Shown here: piece by piece, positions 27,287 to 37,302 of the stretch
Position numbering within the stretch: the first letter of the stretch is position 1
Layout of the letters: every line of letters starts with the position of its first letter
The notes under the pieces: model-generated
What the model saw: only the letters and a program-made list of their open reading frames with translations
What the model was told of the DNA's origin: nothing
The model's database searches: none
Made by a program: the position numbers and the translations under genes
Source of the DNA: a virus
Taxonomy: Duplodnaviria; Caudoviricetes
DNA: 64,000 nt
Strand: one strand, 5' to 3'
Virus record (IMG/VR): IMGVR_UViG_2866783905_000002
Coordinates: 4,625-68,624 of that record

Positions 27287-28942
27287 ATGCCGTGGATTCC
27301 CCCCGAGCCTGGGGCGGTTCCTACGCTCGGCTATGACGTCATCGACTGGATCGCAGAGCATCTCGCGGCGCCGGATCGCGGCGAGTACGAGCCGTTCGTG
27401 CTGTATCCGGAGCAGGAAGACTTCGTTCTCCGCTTCTACGAGATTAACCCGCGTACCGGTAAACGCCGGTTCCGTCGTGGCGTCATCTCTCGGCCGCGAG
27501 GATGGGGCAAGAGCCCGTTTCTCGCTGCGCTGGCGATCGTGGAGGCGCTCGGCCCGGTGGTGCCGGACGGATGGGACGCGGCCGGCCAGCCGGTGGGCAA
27601 ACCGTGGTCTGAGGTGCGGACGCCGCTGGTGCAGATCGCCGCGGTGTCTGAGACGCAGACGAAGAACACGTGGGCGCCACTGCTGGAGATGCTGCAAGGC
27701 CCAGTGTTGGACGCCTACCCCGGCCTGGAGCCGCTGGAGTCGTTCGTCAATCTGCCGCGCGGCAAGATCGAACCGATCACGTCGTCAGCGCGGACGGTGA
27801 AGGGTAACCGGGCCGTGTTCGCGGTGCTGGACCAGACCGAGGAGTGGGTGAAGGGCAATGGCGGCCTGAACCTGTTCCAGAAGATGAAGAACAACGCCGC
27901 CAAGATCGGCGGGTCGTTCGTCGAGTCGCCGAACGCCTACATCCCGGGGCACGGCAGTGTCGCGGAGGAGTCGGCGGCGTTCTTCAAGGCGATCCGCGAG
28001 GGCCGCGCCAAGGACGACGGCTTGTACTACGACCATCGTGAGGCGCCGCCAGAGACGGACATGGCCGACCGGGAGTCCCTCACGGTGGGGCTGCGGCTGG
28101 CGTACGGGGACTCTGCCGGGCATCCCGAGGGGTGTGTGTTGCACACGCCGGCGTGCCCGCCTGGGCACGTGGACTTGGATATCCTGGTGGCGACTATCTG
28201 GGATCCTTCGTCGGATCCGCAGGAGTCACGCTCGGACTTCCTCAACCAGGTGACGCATGCGTCCGATGCGTGGCTGTCGCAGCCGGAATGGGCGGCGTGC
28301 GCCGATTCGGCGAAGGTGGTTGCGGACGGCGAGACCATCACACTTGGGTTCGACGGCTCACGCAAGCGGAACCGGGGCGTCACCGACGCGACCGCGTTGA
28401 TCGGCTGCCGCATCTCGGACGGGCATGTGTTCCCGATCGGGATCTGGGAGGAGCCGGAAGGTCCCGCTGCGGACGGATGGCAGGTTCCGGTGATCGAGGT
28501 GCTGGCCGCGGTGCGCAGCGCGTTCGACCGGTATGACGTGGTCGCCTTCTACGCCGACCCTGCCAAGTGGGAAGGGCACGTCGCCGACTGGGAAGCCGAC
28601 TACGGCTCCCGGTTGAAAGTGAAGGCCGCACGGGATCATCCGGTCGAGTGGTGGATGTCCGGAGGGCGGGCGGTGCAGATCGTCCGAGCCACGGAGCGGC
28701 TGCACAACGCGATCGTCGACAGGGAGATGACGCACGACGGGTCGCATGTCCTGACCCGGCACATGCTGAACGCGCGCCGCCGCACCTCGCGGACGGGACT
28801 GCAGATAGCCAAGGAGCACCCGGACTCTCCGCGGAAGATTGACGCCGCAGTGGCGTCCATCCTGGCGTGGGAAGCACGGGCGGATGCGATCGCCAAGGGC
28901 GTGCTGGAGCAGGCCGAAGAGATGCAGGGTTACACCTTCTGA
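27287..28942 (+). CDS. terL: Terminase large subunit
   Basis: Walker A RPRGWGKS, FAVLDQTEE, nuclease LGFDGS...DATAL, KIDAAVA. Confidence 0.93.
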   Translation: MPWIPPEPGAVPTLGYDVIDWIAEHLAAPDRGEYEPFVLYPEQEDFVLRFYEINPRTGKRRFRRGVISRPRGWGKSPFLAALAIVEALGPVVPDGWDAAGQPVGKPWSEVRTPLVQIAAVSETQTKNTWAPLLEMLQGPVLDAYPGLEPLESFVNLPRGKIEPITSSARTVKGNRAVFAVLDQTEEWVKGNGGLNLFQKMKNNAAKIGGSFVESPNAYIPGHGSVAEESAAFFKAIREGRAKDDGLYYDHREAPPETDMADRESLTVGLRLAYGDSAGHPEGCVLHTPACPPGHVDLDILVATIWDPSSDPQESRSDFLNQVTHASDAWLSQPEWAACADSAKVVADGETITLGFDGSRKRNRGVTDATALIGCRISDGHVFPIGIWEEPEGPAADGWQVPVIEVLAAVRSAFDRYDVVAFYADPAKWEGHVADWEADYGSRLKVKAARDHPVEWWMSGGRAVQIVRATERLHNAIVDREMTHDGSHVLTRHMLNARRRTSRTGLQIAKEHPDSPRKIDAAVASILAWEARADAIAKGVLEQAEEMQGYTF

Positions 28943-28948
28943 CTAGGG

Positions 28949-30430
28949 ATGCGGGGTGCGCTCGTGCTGGATACCACCCCGCTAACGCCGGACTGGTGGC
29001 TGCTGCGGCTCGGCCGGAAGCTTCGGGACCGGCAGATGCAGCTGAATTGCTGGTGGGACTACTACTCGGGTAATCCGCCGCTGCCGCAGGGTCCAAAGGG
29101 GCCCGCGTCGGTGTACCTGGACTTTCAGCGGAAGGCGCGCACGAACTTCCTGCAGATGGTGGTCGACGCGAGTGTTCACCGACTGCTGGCGATCGGCGTC
29201 ACCGACGCCGCCGGCAAGTCGGATGACGAAGCGTGGCGGTGGTGGCAGCAGAACCGGATGGACTCCCGCCAGAAGCAGATCTTCAGGACCGCGCTCAGTC
29301 AGTCCGAGTCGTACGCGATCGTTGGCCCGCATCCGAAAGACCCGAAGCGGCCTCTGATCACCCCGGAGCATCCGCGCGAAGTGATCGTCGAGTATGACCC
29401 GGCGACAGGGGAGCGGATCGCGGCACTGAAGGCTTGGTATGACGACGTTGAGCAGGTGGGGAAGGCTACCGTCTACCTGCCTGATGTGATCGTCAAGTAT
29501 CAGACGGGTCGGCGCTCCGGAGGCCGGGCGTTGCCGTGGGGGGCCGAGAACTGGGGTCCGCGGTTGGACTTCGACGGCAGCTATGTCGAAGCCCAGTCGA
29601 ACCCGCTGAACGAAGTCCCGGTGGTGCCGTTCACGTGTGCTCCCGAGCTCGGCGAACTGCCGCAGCCGGACTTCGCGCAGGGCATCGACATCCAGGATCG
29701 GATCAACCTGTCGATGCTGAACCGGATGACGGCCGAGCGGTATTCGGCTTTCCGGCAGAAGTACGTGACGGGTCACCGATTCCGGGAGATCAAGGACGAA
29801 GAGACTGGGCTGCCGATCCTGGACCCGATCTCGGGTCAGCCGCAGATCGAGCAGCCGTTCCGGCCTGACCCGGGCAGCTTGTGGGCGTCGACGGGGGAGA
29901 ACGTCAAGTTCGGCGAGTTCTCTCAGACGGACCTGATCGGCTACCTGAAAACTCACCAGGCCGACATCCTGGATCTGTTGATTCTGACGCACACGCCGGC
30001 GTACTACTACGCGGGCGACCTGATCAATGTGTCGGCTGACACGGTGATCGCGCTGGACACGAACCATGTGGCGAAGATCGGCGAGTATCAGACCGGGTTC
30101 GGCGAGTCCCTGGAGGACTTGTTCGGCCTGGCGGCGAAGATCGCCGGTTCGGAGCGGGATTTCGTTTCTTCAGAGGTCCGCTGGAAGGATCCGCGCCAGC
30201 TCAATCCGAGCGTCATGGCCGACATGGCGACGAAAATCAAGAGCATCGGCTATCCGCTCGGCGTCGTCGCGGAGCGGATGGGCGAATCGCCGCAGCAGGT
30301 CAAGCGGATCACCACCGGGCAGGCGCAGGACGCATTCCTCGCCGCGAGTCTCAACCCGGCCGTCGCCCAGCAGCAGGCCCCGCAGCAGCCGCGGCAGGCT
30401 GAACGGCCACCGCCGGACAACCTGGACTAG
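28949..30430 (+). CDS. Portal protein (SPP1 gp6-like)
   Basis: 493 aa directly after terL; TNFLQMVVDA, PVVPF, IQDRIN motifs. Confidence 0.9.
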   Translation: MRGALVLDTTPLTPDWWLLRLGRKLRDRQMQLNCWWDYYSGNPPLPQGPKGPASVYLDFQRKARTNFLQMVVDASVHRLLAIGVTDAAGKSDDEAWRWWQQNRMDSRQKQIFRTALSQSESYAIVGPHPKDPKRPLITPEHPREVIVEYDPATGERIAALKAWYDDVEQVGKATVYLPDVIVKYQTGRRSGGRALPWGAENWGPRLDFDGSYVEAQSNPLNEVPVVPFTCAPELGELPQPDFAQGIDIQDRINLSMLNRMTAERYSAFRQKYVTGHRFREIKDEETGLPILDPISGQPQIEQPFRPDPGSLWASTGENVKFGEFSQTDLIGYLKTHQADILDLLILTHTPAYYYAGDLINVSADTVIALDTNHVAKIGEYQTGFGESLEDLFGLAAKIAGSERDFVSSEVRWKDPRQLNPSVMADMATKIKSIGYPLGVVAERMGESPQQVKRITTGQAQDAFLAASLNPAVAQQQAPQQPRQAERPPPDNLD

Positions 30431-30438
30431 GAGGCCTG

Positions 30439-31338
30439 GTGGCGTACGAGCAGCAGGCCGCGATCGCCGCCGCCTACATCGCCTCCACCGTCGAACTCCG
30501 TCTGTCACTCCTGGACGCGATCGTGGCGTTCTTCCAGCGGCTCACCTCCTGGCGCGACGCCGACGCCGACACTTTTGTGGCCGGCACGGTGCCGATGGTG
30601 CGCGGCGCCCAGCAGGCGATGGTCACGATGACCGACGCCTACATCGCGGCGATGCTGGCGGACCTGCTCGGCGAGGACATCCAACCGCTCGGCCTGCAAG
30701 CCGAGGACAACCTCCGCGGTGTTGACGCGGAGGCGGTGTACCGGCGGCCGTTCACTCAGATCTGGACTGACCTGTCGCAGGGATCGCTTCTGCGAGACGC
30801 CATCCAGGCCGGGGAGCGGCGATCGGAAGGCCTCGCAGCGACCGATCTGGAGTTGGCCAAGACGCACGCCTCACGGCAGGCGCTCGAAGGCCACGACGAT
30901 GAGCGGATCGTCGGATACCGGAGGGTGCTGACGGGGGCGGAGAACTGCGCCATGTGCGTGCTCGCCTCCACACAGCGCTACCACATCGGGGATCTGCTGC
31001 CGATCCATCCCGCGTGCGACTGCGCCGTGGCGCCCATCATCGGCGACGCAGACCCGGGGCAGATCATCAACTCCGTCGTCGTCACCGAAGGCGCCCAGGC
31101 GCTGACGACGAACAGCCAGGGAGTGAACGTGTTCTCCGGCGACCAGCTCACAGACCTCGGGGAGCTCTTGGAGCCCCTGCACGAGGAGATCGAGAAGCGT
31201 TTCGGCAAGTCCGACAGGGGCGGCCGGGCTCTCGATTACCGCAAGGTCCTCACCGTGCACCAGCACGGCGAGATCGGCCCCGTTTTGGCGGTCAAAGGCC
31301 AGCACTTCACGGGACCTGCAGAAATTCCGACCCACTGA
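30439..31338 (+). CDS. Minor capsid / head morphogenesis protein (Mu gpF-like)
   Basis: GYRRVLTGAENCAMC...PIHPACDCAV. Confidence 0.8.
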   Translation: MAYEQQAAIAAAYIASTVELRLSLLDAIVAFFQRLTSWRDADADTFVAGTVPMVRGAQQAMVTMTDAYIAAMLADLLGEDIQPLGLQAEDNLRGVDAEAVYRRPFTQIWTDLSQGSLLRDAIQAGERRSEGLAATDLELAKTHASRQALEGHDDERIVGYRRVLTGAENCAMCVLASTQRYHIGDLLPIHPACDCAVAPIIGDADPGQIINSVVVTEGAQALTTNSQGVNVFSGDQLTDLGELLEPLHEEIEKRFGKSDRGGRALDYRKVLTVHQHGEIGPVLAVKGQHFTGPAEIPTH

Positions 31339-31381
31339 CCGCCCGTCATGGGCGCGTGTCCCGACATGGGAGATCACCCGC

Positions 31382-32134
31382 ATGAACACTGCCGTGCTGC
31401 CCGTACACCCGTACACCGGCCTCCGCGCCATTGCCGTTCTGCCCTCGGGCAGGGTGGTGTGGCCGATCATGGGAGGGTCCGGCGACGGGGGACAGCCGCA
31501 GGGGACGCAAGAGCCCGCCACGGGCCAGCCCGCCCCTGTCGCACCGGCCACAGCGCCTGCCCAGCAGACGCAGCCGGGCCAGCAGCCCCAGCCGACCACG
31601 CAGCAGCCCGCCAACGACCGCGGTTACCCGGACAACACTCCGGTCGCCGACATGACGGTCGATCAGCAGGCCGCCTACTGGAAGTCGCACGCGCGTAAGC
31701 ACGAGGACCGGCTGAAGGCGATCGACGTCACCCCCGAGGAGCTCACGCGGCTCCGCGAGGCCGACGCCGAGATGCAGAAGCTCGCCGACGCTTCCCGCAC
31801 CGACATGGAGAGGGTTGAGGCGCGAGCGACCGCCGCCGAGCAGAAGGCCGCGGCGATGGAGCCCGAACTGCTTCGGCTGCAGGCAGCCATCAAGGCCGCT
31901 CTGCCTGCCGAGGTGTCGGCGAAGCTGATCGCCGGTTCCCGCCGGATCGTCGGCAGCACAGCCGAGGAGTACGAGGCCGACGCCGCCGACTACTTCGGGT
32001 CCGCGCCGATCCAGATCGCCCCTCCCGCGCCTCCGGTGCTGGACCAGGGCGCCCGGCAGACCGGCAAGCAGGCCCCCTCCGTGGCCGCAGGACGCGACCT
32101 GTGGGCTGAACGGCACGGCAACAAGACCACCTGA
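31382..32134 (+). CDS. Capsid scaffolding protein
   Basis: QP-rich linker, AAYWKSHARKHE, coiled coil; upstream of decoration/capsid genes. Confidence 0.8.
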   Translation: MNTAVLPVHPYTGLRAIAVLPSGRVVWPIMGGSGDGGQPQGTQEPATGQPAPVAPATAPAQQTQPGQQPQPTTQQPANDRGYPDNTPVADMTVDQQAAYWKSHARKHEDRLKAIDVTPEELTRLREADAEMQKLADASRTDMERVEARATAAEQKAAAMEPELLRLQAAIKAALPAEVSAKLIAGSRRIVGSTAEEYEADAADYFGSAPIQIAPPAPPVLDQGARQTGKQAPSVAAGRDLWAERHGNKTT

Positions 32135-32153
32135 ACTCCCTGAGGAGACACCT

Positions 32154-32867
32154 ATGGACCTCAGCATGAGGACCGAGAACTTCAGCTTCGACGACCAGTC
32201 GTGGCTCGGCTCCGCTCACGGGACCGACGCCGCCCGAACCATCACCCTGGACGTGTCCGCTTTCACTGCGGGCGTCCACTACCCGAACGGCTACTTCCCG
32301 TCCGGTCTCCCGCTCGCGAAGATCACCGCGTCGGGCAAGTACGGCCCCTACGCCGCCAACCCTGGCGAGGTGCAGACGGTCACCATCACCGGCGGCCCGA
32401 CCGGCGGCACCTACACGCTCACCTTCGACGGCGAGACCACCGCGGCGATCGCCTACAACGCGACCGCGTCGGCCGTGCAGACCGCGCTGGAGGCGCTGTC
32501 CAACATCGAGCCCGGCGACGTGACCGCCGCCGGCGGCCCGCACCCCGGCACCGCGGTCACGGTCACCTTCGCGGGCGGCTACCTGGGCGAGAACGTGCCG
32601 CAGATGAGCGCCGCTTCGGGCTCACTGACCGGCGGCACCACGCCGACTGTCACCGTGACGACCACGACCGGGGGCGGCTCCGGCTCCGCGGACGGTACGG
32701 AGATGCTGGCCGGGTTCCTGTTCTGCGCCGTGGACGCCCCCGCCCTGACCACGACGGACGTCGGTGCTGCCCTGCTGGAGCACGGCCGTGTCATCGCTTC
32801 CAAGCTGCCCATCGCCGTCGACGCCGCCGGGCAGGCGGACGTCGCCGGCCGGATCATCTTCGCCTGA
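32154..32867 (+). CDS. Head decoration protein with inserted beta-sandwich domain
   Basis: DQSWLGSAHGTD...ITLDVSAF...SGLPLAK...GKYGPY; insert from NPGEVQTVTITG to TTTTGGGSG; resumes GFLF...HG.V. Confidence 0.8.
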   Translation: MDLSMRTENFSFDDQSWLGSAHGTDAARTITLDVSAFTAGVHYPNGYFPSGLPLAKITASGKYGPYAANPGEVQTVTITGGPTGGTYTLTFDGETTAAIAYNATASAVQTALEALSNIEPGDVTAAGGPHPGTAVTVTFAGGYLGENVPQMSAASGSLTGGTTPTVTVTTTTGGGSGSADGTEMLAGFLFCAVDAPALTTTDVGAALLEHGRVIASKLPIAVDAAGQADVAGRIIFA

Positions 32868-32879
32868 TAGGGGCTCCTG

Positions 32880-33914
32880 ATGCTGATCAACACTGACTAC
32901 ATCACCCCGGCGGAGCTCACCGGCTACGTGCGGGCGGGCGCCGCTGACTGGGCGCGCAACCAGTTCTCGCTCGCGAGGTGGCTGCCGAACAACCCGATCG
33001 ACGACCTGGACTTCCGCTTCACGCGCGGCGGCGAAGGTCTCATCGAGGCCGCGACCTTCCGCGCCTACGACGCCGAGTCGCCGATCGGTTCCCGGCCTGG
33101 CGCGGTCCGTATCTCGGGCGAGCTCCCGCCGATCAGCCGCAAGATCCGGCTGGGCGAGTACGACCGGCTCAAGCAGCGCAAGCTGGATGACCGGATCCGC
33201 GGCGCGCTCATGTCGGACGCCGAGCGCATGGTCAAGAGCATCATGGCGCGGATGGAGCTGGCCCGCGGCGACGCGCTCGTCAACGGCAAGGTCACCATCT
33301 CGGAGAACGGTCTCATGGTCGAGGCTGACTTCGGCCGGTCCGGGTCCATGTCTGTGGCGCCTGGCACGCTGTGGTCGGACCTGGCGACCGCCACTCCGCT
33401 GACGGACCTGCTCGCGTGGCGGGAGACCTACATCTCCACCAATGGCGAACTGCCCGGCGCGATCGTCACCAGCACGCGGGTGCTGAACTATCTGCTGCGC
33501 AACGCGGAGATCCGGGCGCTGGCCGCGACCGCGATCGGTACGCCGACGCTGGTGGCGCCGGGCATGCTGACGCAGGTGTTCGAGGCGCACGGCCTGCCGC
33601 CGGTGTACGCCTACGACGCCCAGGTCAAGGTCAACGGCTCCGCCACCCGCGTGGTGGCTGACGACAAGCTGGTGCTGCTGCCCGCTCCGGGCGACGCCAA
33701 CAGCCCCGAGTCCTCCGACCTGGGCGCCACTCTGTGGGGCACCACGGTGGAGGCCACCTCGCCGAAGTACGCGATCGAGATGGGCGAGGAGCCCGGCATC
33801 GTCGCCGGATCGTACGAGGACGAGGACCCGATCGCGCTGTGGACGAAGGCGTCCGCGATCGGCCTGCCGATCCTGGCCAACCCCGACCTCGCCATGGTCG
33901 CTGACGTCGCCTAG
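32880..33914 (+). CDS. Major capsid protein (lambda gpE-like)
   Basis: 344 aa; AATFRAYDAESP, ELPPISRK, RMELARGDAL, GLPIL. Confidence 0.9.
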   Translation: MLINTDYITPAELTGYVRAGAADWARNQFSLARWLPNNPIDDLDFRFTRGGEGLIEAATFRAYDAESPIGSRPGAVRISGELPPISRKIRLGEYDRLKQRKLDDRIRGALMSDAERMVKSIMARMELARGDALVNGKVTISENGLMVEADFGRSGSMSVAPGTLWSDLATATPLTDLLAWRETYISTNGELPGAIVTSTRVLNYLLRNAEIRALAATAIGTPTLVAPGMLTQVFEAHGLPPVYAYDAQVKVNGSATRVVADDKLVLLPAPGDANSPESSDLGATLWGTTVEATSPKYAIEMGEEPGIVAGSYEDEDPIALWTKASAIGLPILANPDLAMVADVA

Positions 33915-33923
33915 GAGGAGATC

Positions 33924-34274
33924 GTGGCTCGACTGACGACCACGGTCTACGTCGTCGACCCGGACGGGCGTCAGCGCCCGTTCGGGCCCGGCGTGGACCT
34001 ACCGGAGTGGGCGGTCACCCAGATCAGCAATCCTGATGTGTGGGACGGCGACCTCCCCGAGCATCTGAACGCCTCCGACGAGAAGGACGAGGACCAGGGG
34101 CCAGACAACGGCCAGCAGCCCGAACCCGAGCTTCAGGAACCGCCCAGAGGCGGCTCCGGATCCGGCAAGGAGGCGTGGGCCGCCTACGCCGCCGCCCGCG
34201 GTGTCGAGGTGGACGCCGACGCCTCGCGGGACGACATCATCGACCTGCTCGCCGAGCGAGGGCTGATCGACTGA
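33924..34274 (+). CDS. Phage protein with C-terminal HeH-like motif
   Basis: KEAWAAYAA...ASRDDIIDLL. Confidence 0.65.
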   Translation: MARLTTTVYVVDPDGRQRPFGPGVDLPEWAVTQISNPDVWDGDLPEHLNASDEKDEDQGPDNGQQPEPELQEPPRGGSGSGKEAWAAYAAARGVEVDADASRDDIIDLLAERGLID

Positions 34275-34660
34275 TGGCCTACGCCACGCTCGCCGACTAC
34301 GAGGCCCGGCATGGCAGCGTCTGCTCCGCCGAGCAGATCAACAAGATCACCGCCCTGCTGGATGACGCTTCGGCGCTGATCCAGTCGATCCTGCCCGTCG
34401 GATACACGCCGGCGCAGGAGCTGACACGGGCGGTCACGGTGGCGATGGTGGCGCGCGGCTCGACGAACACGGGCGGCCTTCGGTCCAAAACCGTAGGCAA
34501 CGTGTCGGAGGCGTACGCCGAGCAGGCCGGCCTGTACCTCACCGAAGGGGAGGAGCGGATGCTGCTGGCCGCCTACGACGCCGACCATTCCTCTGCCTAC
34601 ACGGTGGACGCCCGCGACGACGGACTTCCGCTGCGCCGCCGCTCATCCTGCAGGCGGTGA
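34274..34660 (+). CDS. Head-to-tail adaptor
   Basis: YATLADY...ALLDDASALI...LYLTEGE; position. Confidence 0.8.
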   Translation: MAYATLADYEARHGSVCSAEQINKITALLDDASALIQSILPVGYTPAQELTRAVTVAMVARGSTNTGGLRSKTVGNVSEAYAEQAGLYLTEGEERMLLAAYDADHSSAYTVDARDDGLPLRRRSSCRR

Positions 34661-34663
34661 CGC

Positions 34664-34990
34664 GTGCAGACCGGAGGGCAGACGGTCACGTTGGTGCGTC
34701 GCGTCGAATCCGGCCGGGACGCGCACGGAAACCCCGTCTACACGCAGACCCGGACAGCGGTGAGCGGCTGCTCGGTGCAGCCGCTCACCACCAACGAGCA
34801 ACTCGCGGCCGGCGCCCAAGTTCAGGGCCGGTGGAGGTTGTTCGGCCCCGCGGGCCTGAACCTGGACGGCATTGACGCCATCGAGGTGAACGGCCGCACA
34901 TACGAGATCGACGGCGAGGCGCAGGAGTGGCCGGACCTGTCCGGGCGGGCCGACCACGTCGAGGCTTTCCTGAGGAGAGTGACCGGGTGA
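34664..34990 (+). CDS. Head-to-tail stopper
   Basis: DAHGNP...GCSVQP...YEIDGE..W; position. Confidence 0.8.
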   Translation: MQTGGQTVTLVRRVESGRDAHGNPVYTQTRTAVSGCSVQPLTTNEQLAAGAQVQGRWRLFGPAGLNLDGIDAIEVNGRTYEIDGEAQEWPDLSGRADHVEAFLRRVTG

Positions 34991-35994
34991 GGATCCTCGC
35001 CAGATTTCACGCATACCCGCCACTGCACAACGCGGGCGCCGAATGGGCGGCGCACACGCTGCTGCGCGCGCTCGCCGAGCGGGGCCACCAGGTGCAGGTG
35101 TGGCTGTCGGAAGTAGCTGGGCGGGAGCCGTACGAGCTGGACGACGTCCAGGTGCTGCCGGCCCGCACGCAGAAAGACTTCGTCGAAGCCGTTCGGAAGG
35201 GCGCAGTTGTCGTCTCCCATCTGGAGAACGTCCGCTCTGCCGCGTCGGCGGCTCGCGGGTGGGGCAGGCCGCTGGTCGTGCTGGCCCACAACACCTTCCC
35301 TGGGACGTTCAAGGCGATCGGATCGGGCACGACAGCGCTGGCTGTCTACAACAGCCAGTGGATGGCCCAGGAGGCGACCAAGTTTTGGGCCAAGCACCCC
35401 GAGGCCGTCAAACCCGAGCGGGAGATCGTGGTCCGGCCGCCGGTGCACGCCGGCGACTACCGCGCCACACCGGGCGAGCTGGTGACGCTGGTCAACTTGT
35501 TCCCCAACAAGGGCGCTGATCTGTTCTGGAAGCTCGCCGCGGCCATGCCTGAGCGGAAGTTCCTCGCGGTGAAGGGCTCCTATGGGGATCAGGACGTGCG
35601 TGACCTGCCGAACGTGGACGTGGTCGAGAACGTGCCTGGCACTGACATGGCCAAGAGCGTGTACGGGCGTACCCGCGTACTGCTGATGCCCAGCGAATAT
35701 GAGTCGTGGGGACGGGTTGGGGTGGAAGCGTACGCGTCCGGCATCCCCGTCGTCGCCGCGCCCACCCCGGGTTTGAAGGAGTCACTCGGCGACGCCGGCA
35801 TCTTCGTTGAACGCGACGACCTGGACGGCTGGCGGGCCGCCGTCGAAGCGCTGGACGACCCGGACGCCTACAAAAGCGCCTCCGCTGCGGCGAAGAAGCG
35901 ATCCAAGCATCTGGACCCCGCTACGGATCTGGCGCGATGGTGCGAGGCGATCGAGGCGCTTAGTGGAAGTTCGGCTCGGCGGGCGCGCGGCTAG
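34987..35994 (+). CDS. GT4-family (GT-B) glycosyltransferase
   Basis: GAEW..H.L...L...GHQV; LLMPSEYESWGRVGVEAYASGIPVV. Confidence 0.88.
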   Translation: MRILARFHAYPPLHNAGAEWAAHTLLRALAERGHQVQVWLSEVAGREPYELDDVQVLPARTQKDFVEAVRKGAVVVSHLENVRSAASAARGWGRPLVVLAHNTFPGTFKAIGSGTTALAVYNSQWMAQEATKFWAKHPEAVKPEREIVVRPPVHAGDYRATPGELVTLVNLFPNKGADLFWKLAAAMPERKFLAVKGSYGDQDVRDLPNVDVVENVPGTDMAKSVYGRTRVLLMPSEYESWGRVGVEAYASGIPVVAAPTPGLKESLGDAGIFVERDDLDGWRAAVEALDDPDAYKSASAAAKKRSKHLDPATDLARWCEAIEALSGSSARRARG

Positions 35995-36536
35995 ATACGC
36001 CGCAGGATCTGCGCCTTCTTCGCCTCGAATTCGGCCTCGGTCACGACGCCCATGTCTCGGAGCTCACCCAGGCGGCGCAGCGTCTCCAATGGGTCCTCTG
36101 ATGGTGCGGCCGGCGGGGGCGGCGGTGTTGGCGCACTGCTGGGGTTGTCCACTGGGGCAAGCCGGTTTCGGATTGCGTCAGCGATGGACTTGCCGTCCGG
36201 GTTGAGGAGCTGCTTGATCTCCGCCTTGTTGCCGGATGCGAAGACAGTCAATACCCCTTGGGTCAGCCCGGACCGCCACTGCACGGACGAGATCTTCTCC
36301 AGGGGAAAGTCCTCGGTGGCCTTGTTGACCCAACCGTCGCGAAGAAACAGCAGTCTGTGGCCGGTGAGGGCCACCAGTCCAAGCCCGCCACCGTAGGTCC
36401 CGCCGGCGAGATGGTGAACAACTTCTCCTTCCCACAGGTAGTCGACCAGCCGCCTGATCTCGCGTTTGGCGCCGAACTTGGATCCCATTCGGTCGGCCGC
36501 GGCCTGGATGTCTTGCCGTAGCGCCTCATCTGTCAC
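35991..36536 (-). CDS. Bacterial PH-domain plus SHOCT-domain protein (moron)
   Basis: GLVALTGHRLLFL...FPLEKISSVQ; LRRLGELRDMGVVTEAEFEAKKAQIL. Confidence 0.85.
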   Translation of the reverse strand: MTDEALRQDIQAAADRMGSKFGAKREIRRLVDYLWEGEVVHHLAGGTYGGGLGLVALTGHRLLFLRDGWVNKATEDFPLEKISSVQWRSGLTQGVLTVFASGNKAEIKQLLNPDGKSIADAIRNRLAPVDNPSSAPTPPPPPAAPSEDPLETLRRLGELRDMGVVTEAEFEAKKAQILRRI

Positions 36537-36607
36537 GCCGTTATCCCTTCTTCGTAGCCACCCGTACGACGCGCACCACGGGTGCTTAGTTGTCGCAGGA
36601 GGTCACC

Positions 36608-36913
36608 GTGGCAGTGCGCGCCCGCTTTCGTGGCAACTACAAGGGCGTCGGACGCCTTCTGGCCTCAAAGCAGATGCAGGACGAGATGGAATCCCGCGCG
36701 AAGCGGCTCCAATCCGCGTGCGAGGCGGATGCGCCTCGGGACACCGGCGCCTACAGCCAGAGCTTCCGCGTGGAGACGGGTGTCCGGCAGGGCCGCACAC
36801 CACGCGCCGAATCCAAGGTCATCAACGATGACCCTGCCGCTCCCTACGTGGAATGGGGCACCTCCCGGACACCGCGTCATCGTGTGATGGGCAGAGCGGC
36901 AGGCGCCGAATGA
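36608..36913 (+). CDS. HK97 gp10-like neck protein
   Basis: APRDTGAYSQS...APYVEWGT; RBS AGGAGG before GTG 36608. Confidence 0.8.
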   Translation: MAVRARFRGNYKGVGRLLASKQMQDEMESRAKRLQSACEADAPRDTGAYSQSFRVETGVRQGRTPRAESKVINDDPAAPYVEWGTSRTPRHRVMGRAAGAE

Positions 36914-37287
36914 TCGACATTGAGGCGGCGCTCACCGTCTGGCTGCAGGACGCCTTCGAAGGCGTTCATGCCTCCACCGAAACTCCTCCGGACCTGGAGC
37001 GGCGTCTGCCCTGGTTGCAGGTTGAGCGCCTCGGTGGCCCGTATGACGGGTTCCGCCGCGATCAGCCGATCGTGGACATCACCAGCTTCGCCGCTACCGG
37101 TACCGCAGCATCCGACCTCGCGCTACTCGTGCAGCAGGCGCTACACGACCAGCTTCAAGGGGCCACCGCCGGCGGTGCAGTTTTCGCCCGAGTGCAGACC
37201 CGCACGGGCCCTCACAAAGTGCCTTACGACAACCCCAACCTGCGCCGCTACGAGGCGACCTACGCCTTCGTAGTCCACCCCGCCTAG
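36910..37287 (+). CDS. Tail terminator
   Basis: LPWLQVERLGG...P..VPYDNP.LRRY; position. Confidence 0.75.
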   Translation: MIDIEAALTVWLQDAFEGVHASTETPPDLERRLPWLQVERLGGPYDGFRRDQPIVDITSFAATGTAASDLALLVQQALHDQLQGATAGGAVFARVQTRTGPHKVPYDNPNLRRYEATYAFVVHPA

Positions 37288-37302
37288 CGGCGCACCTCTG
37301 CG

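Noticed and set aside
27820-27845. Terminase Walker B reads DQTEE instead of DE
   Set aside because: I recall similar variants in actinophage terminases and all other motifs are intact; not evidence of inactivation.
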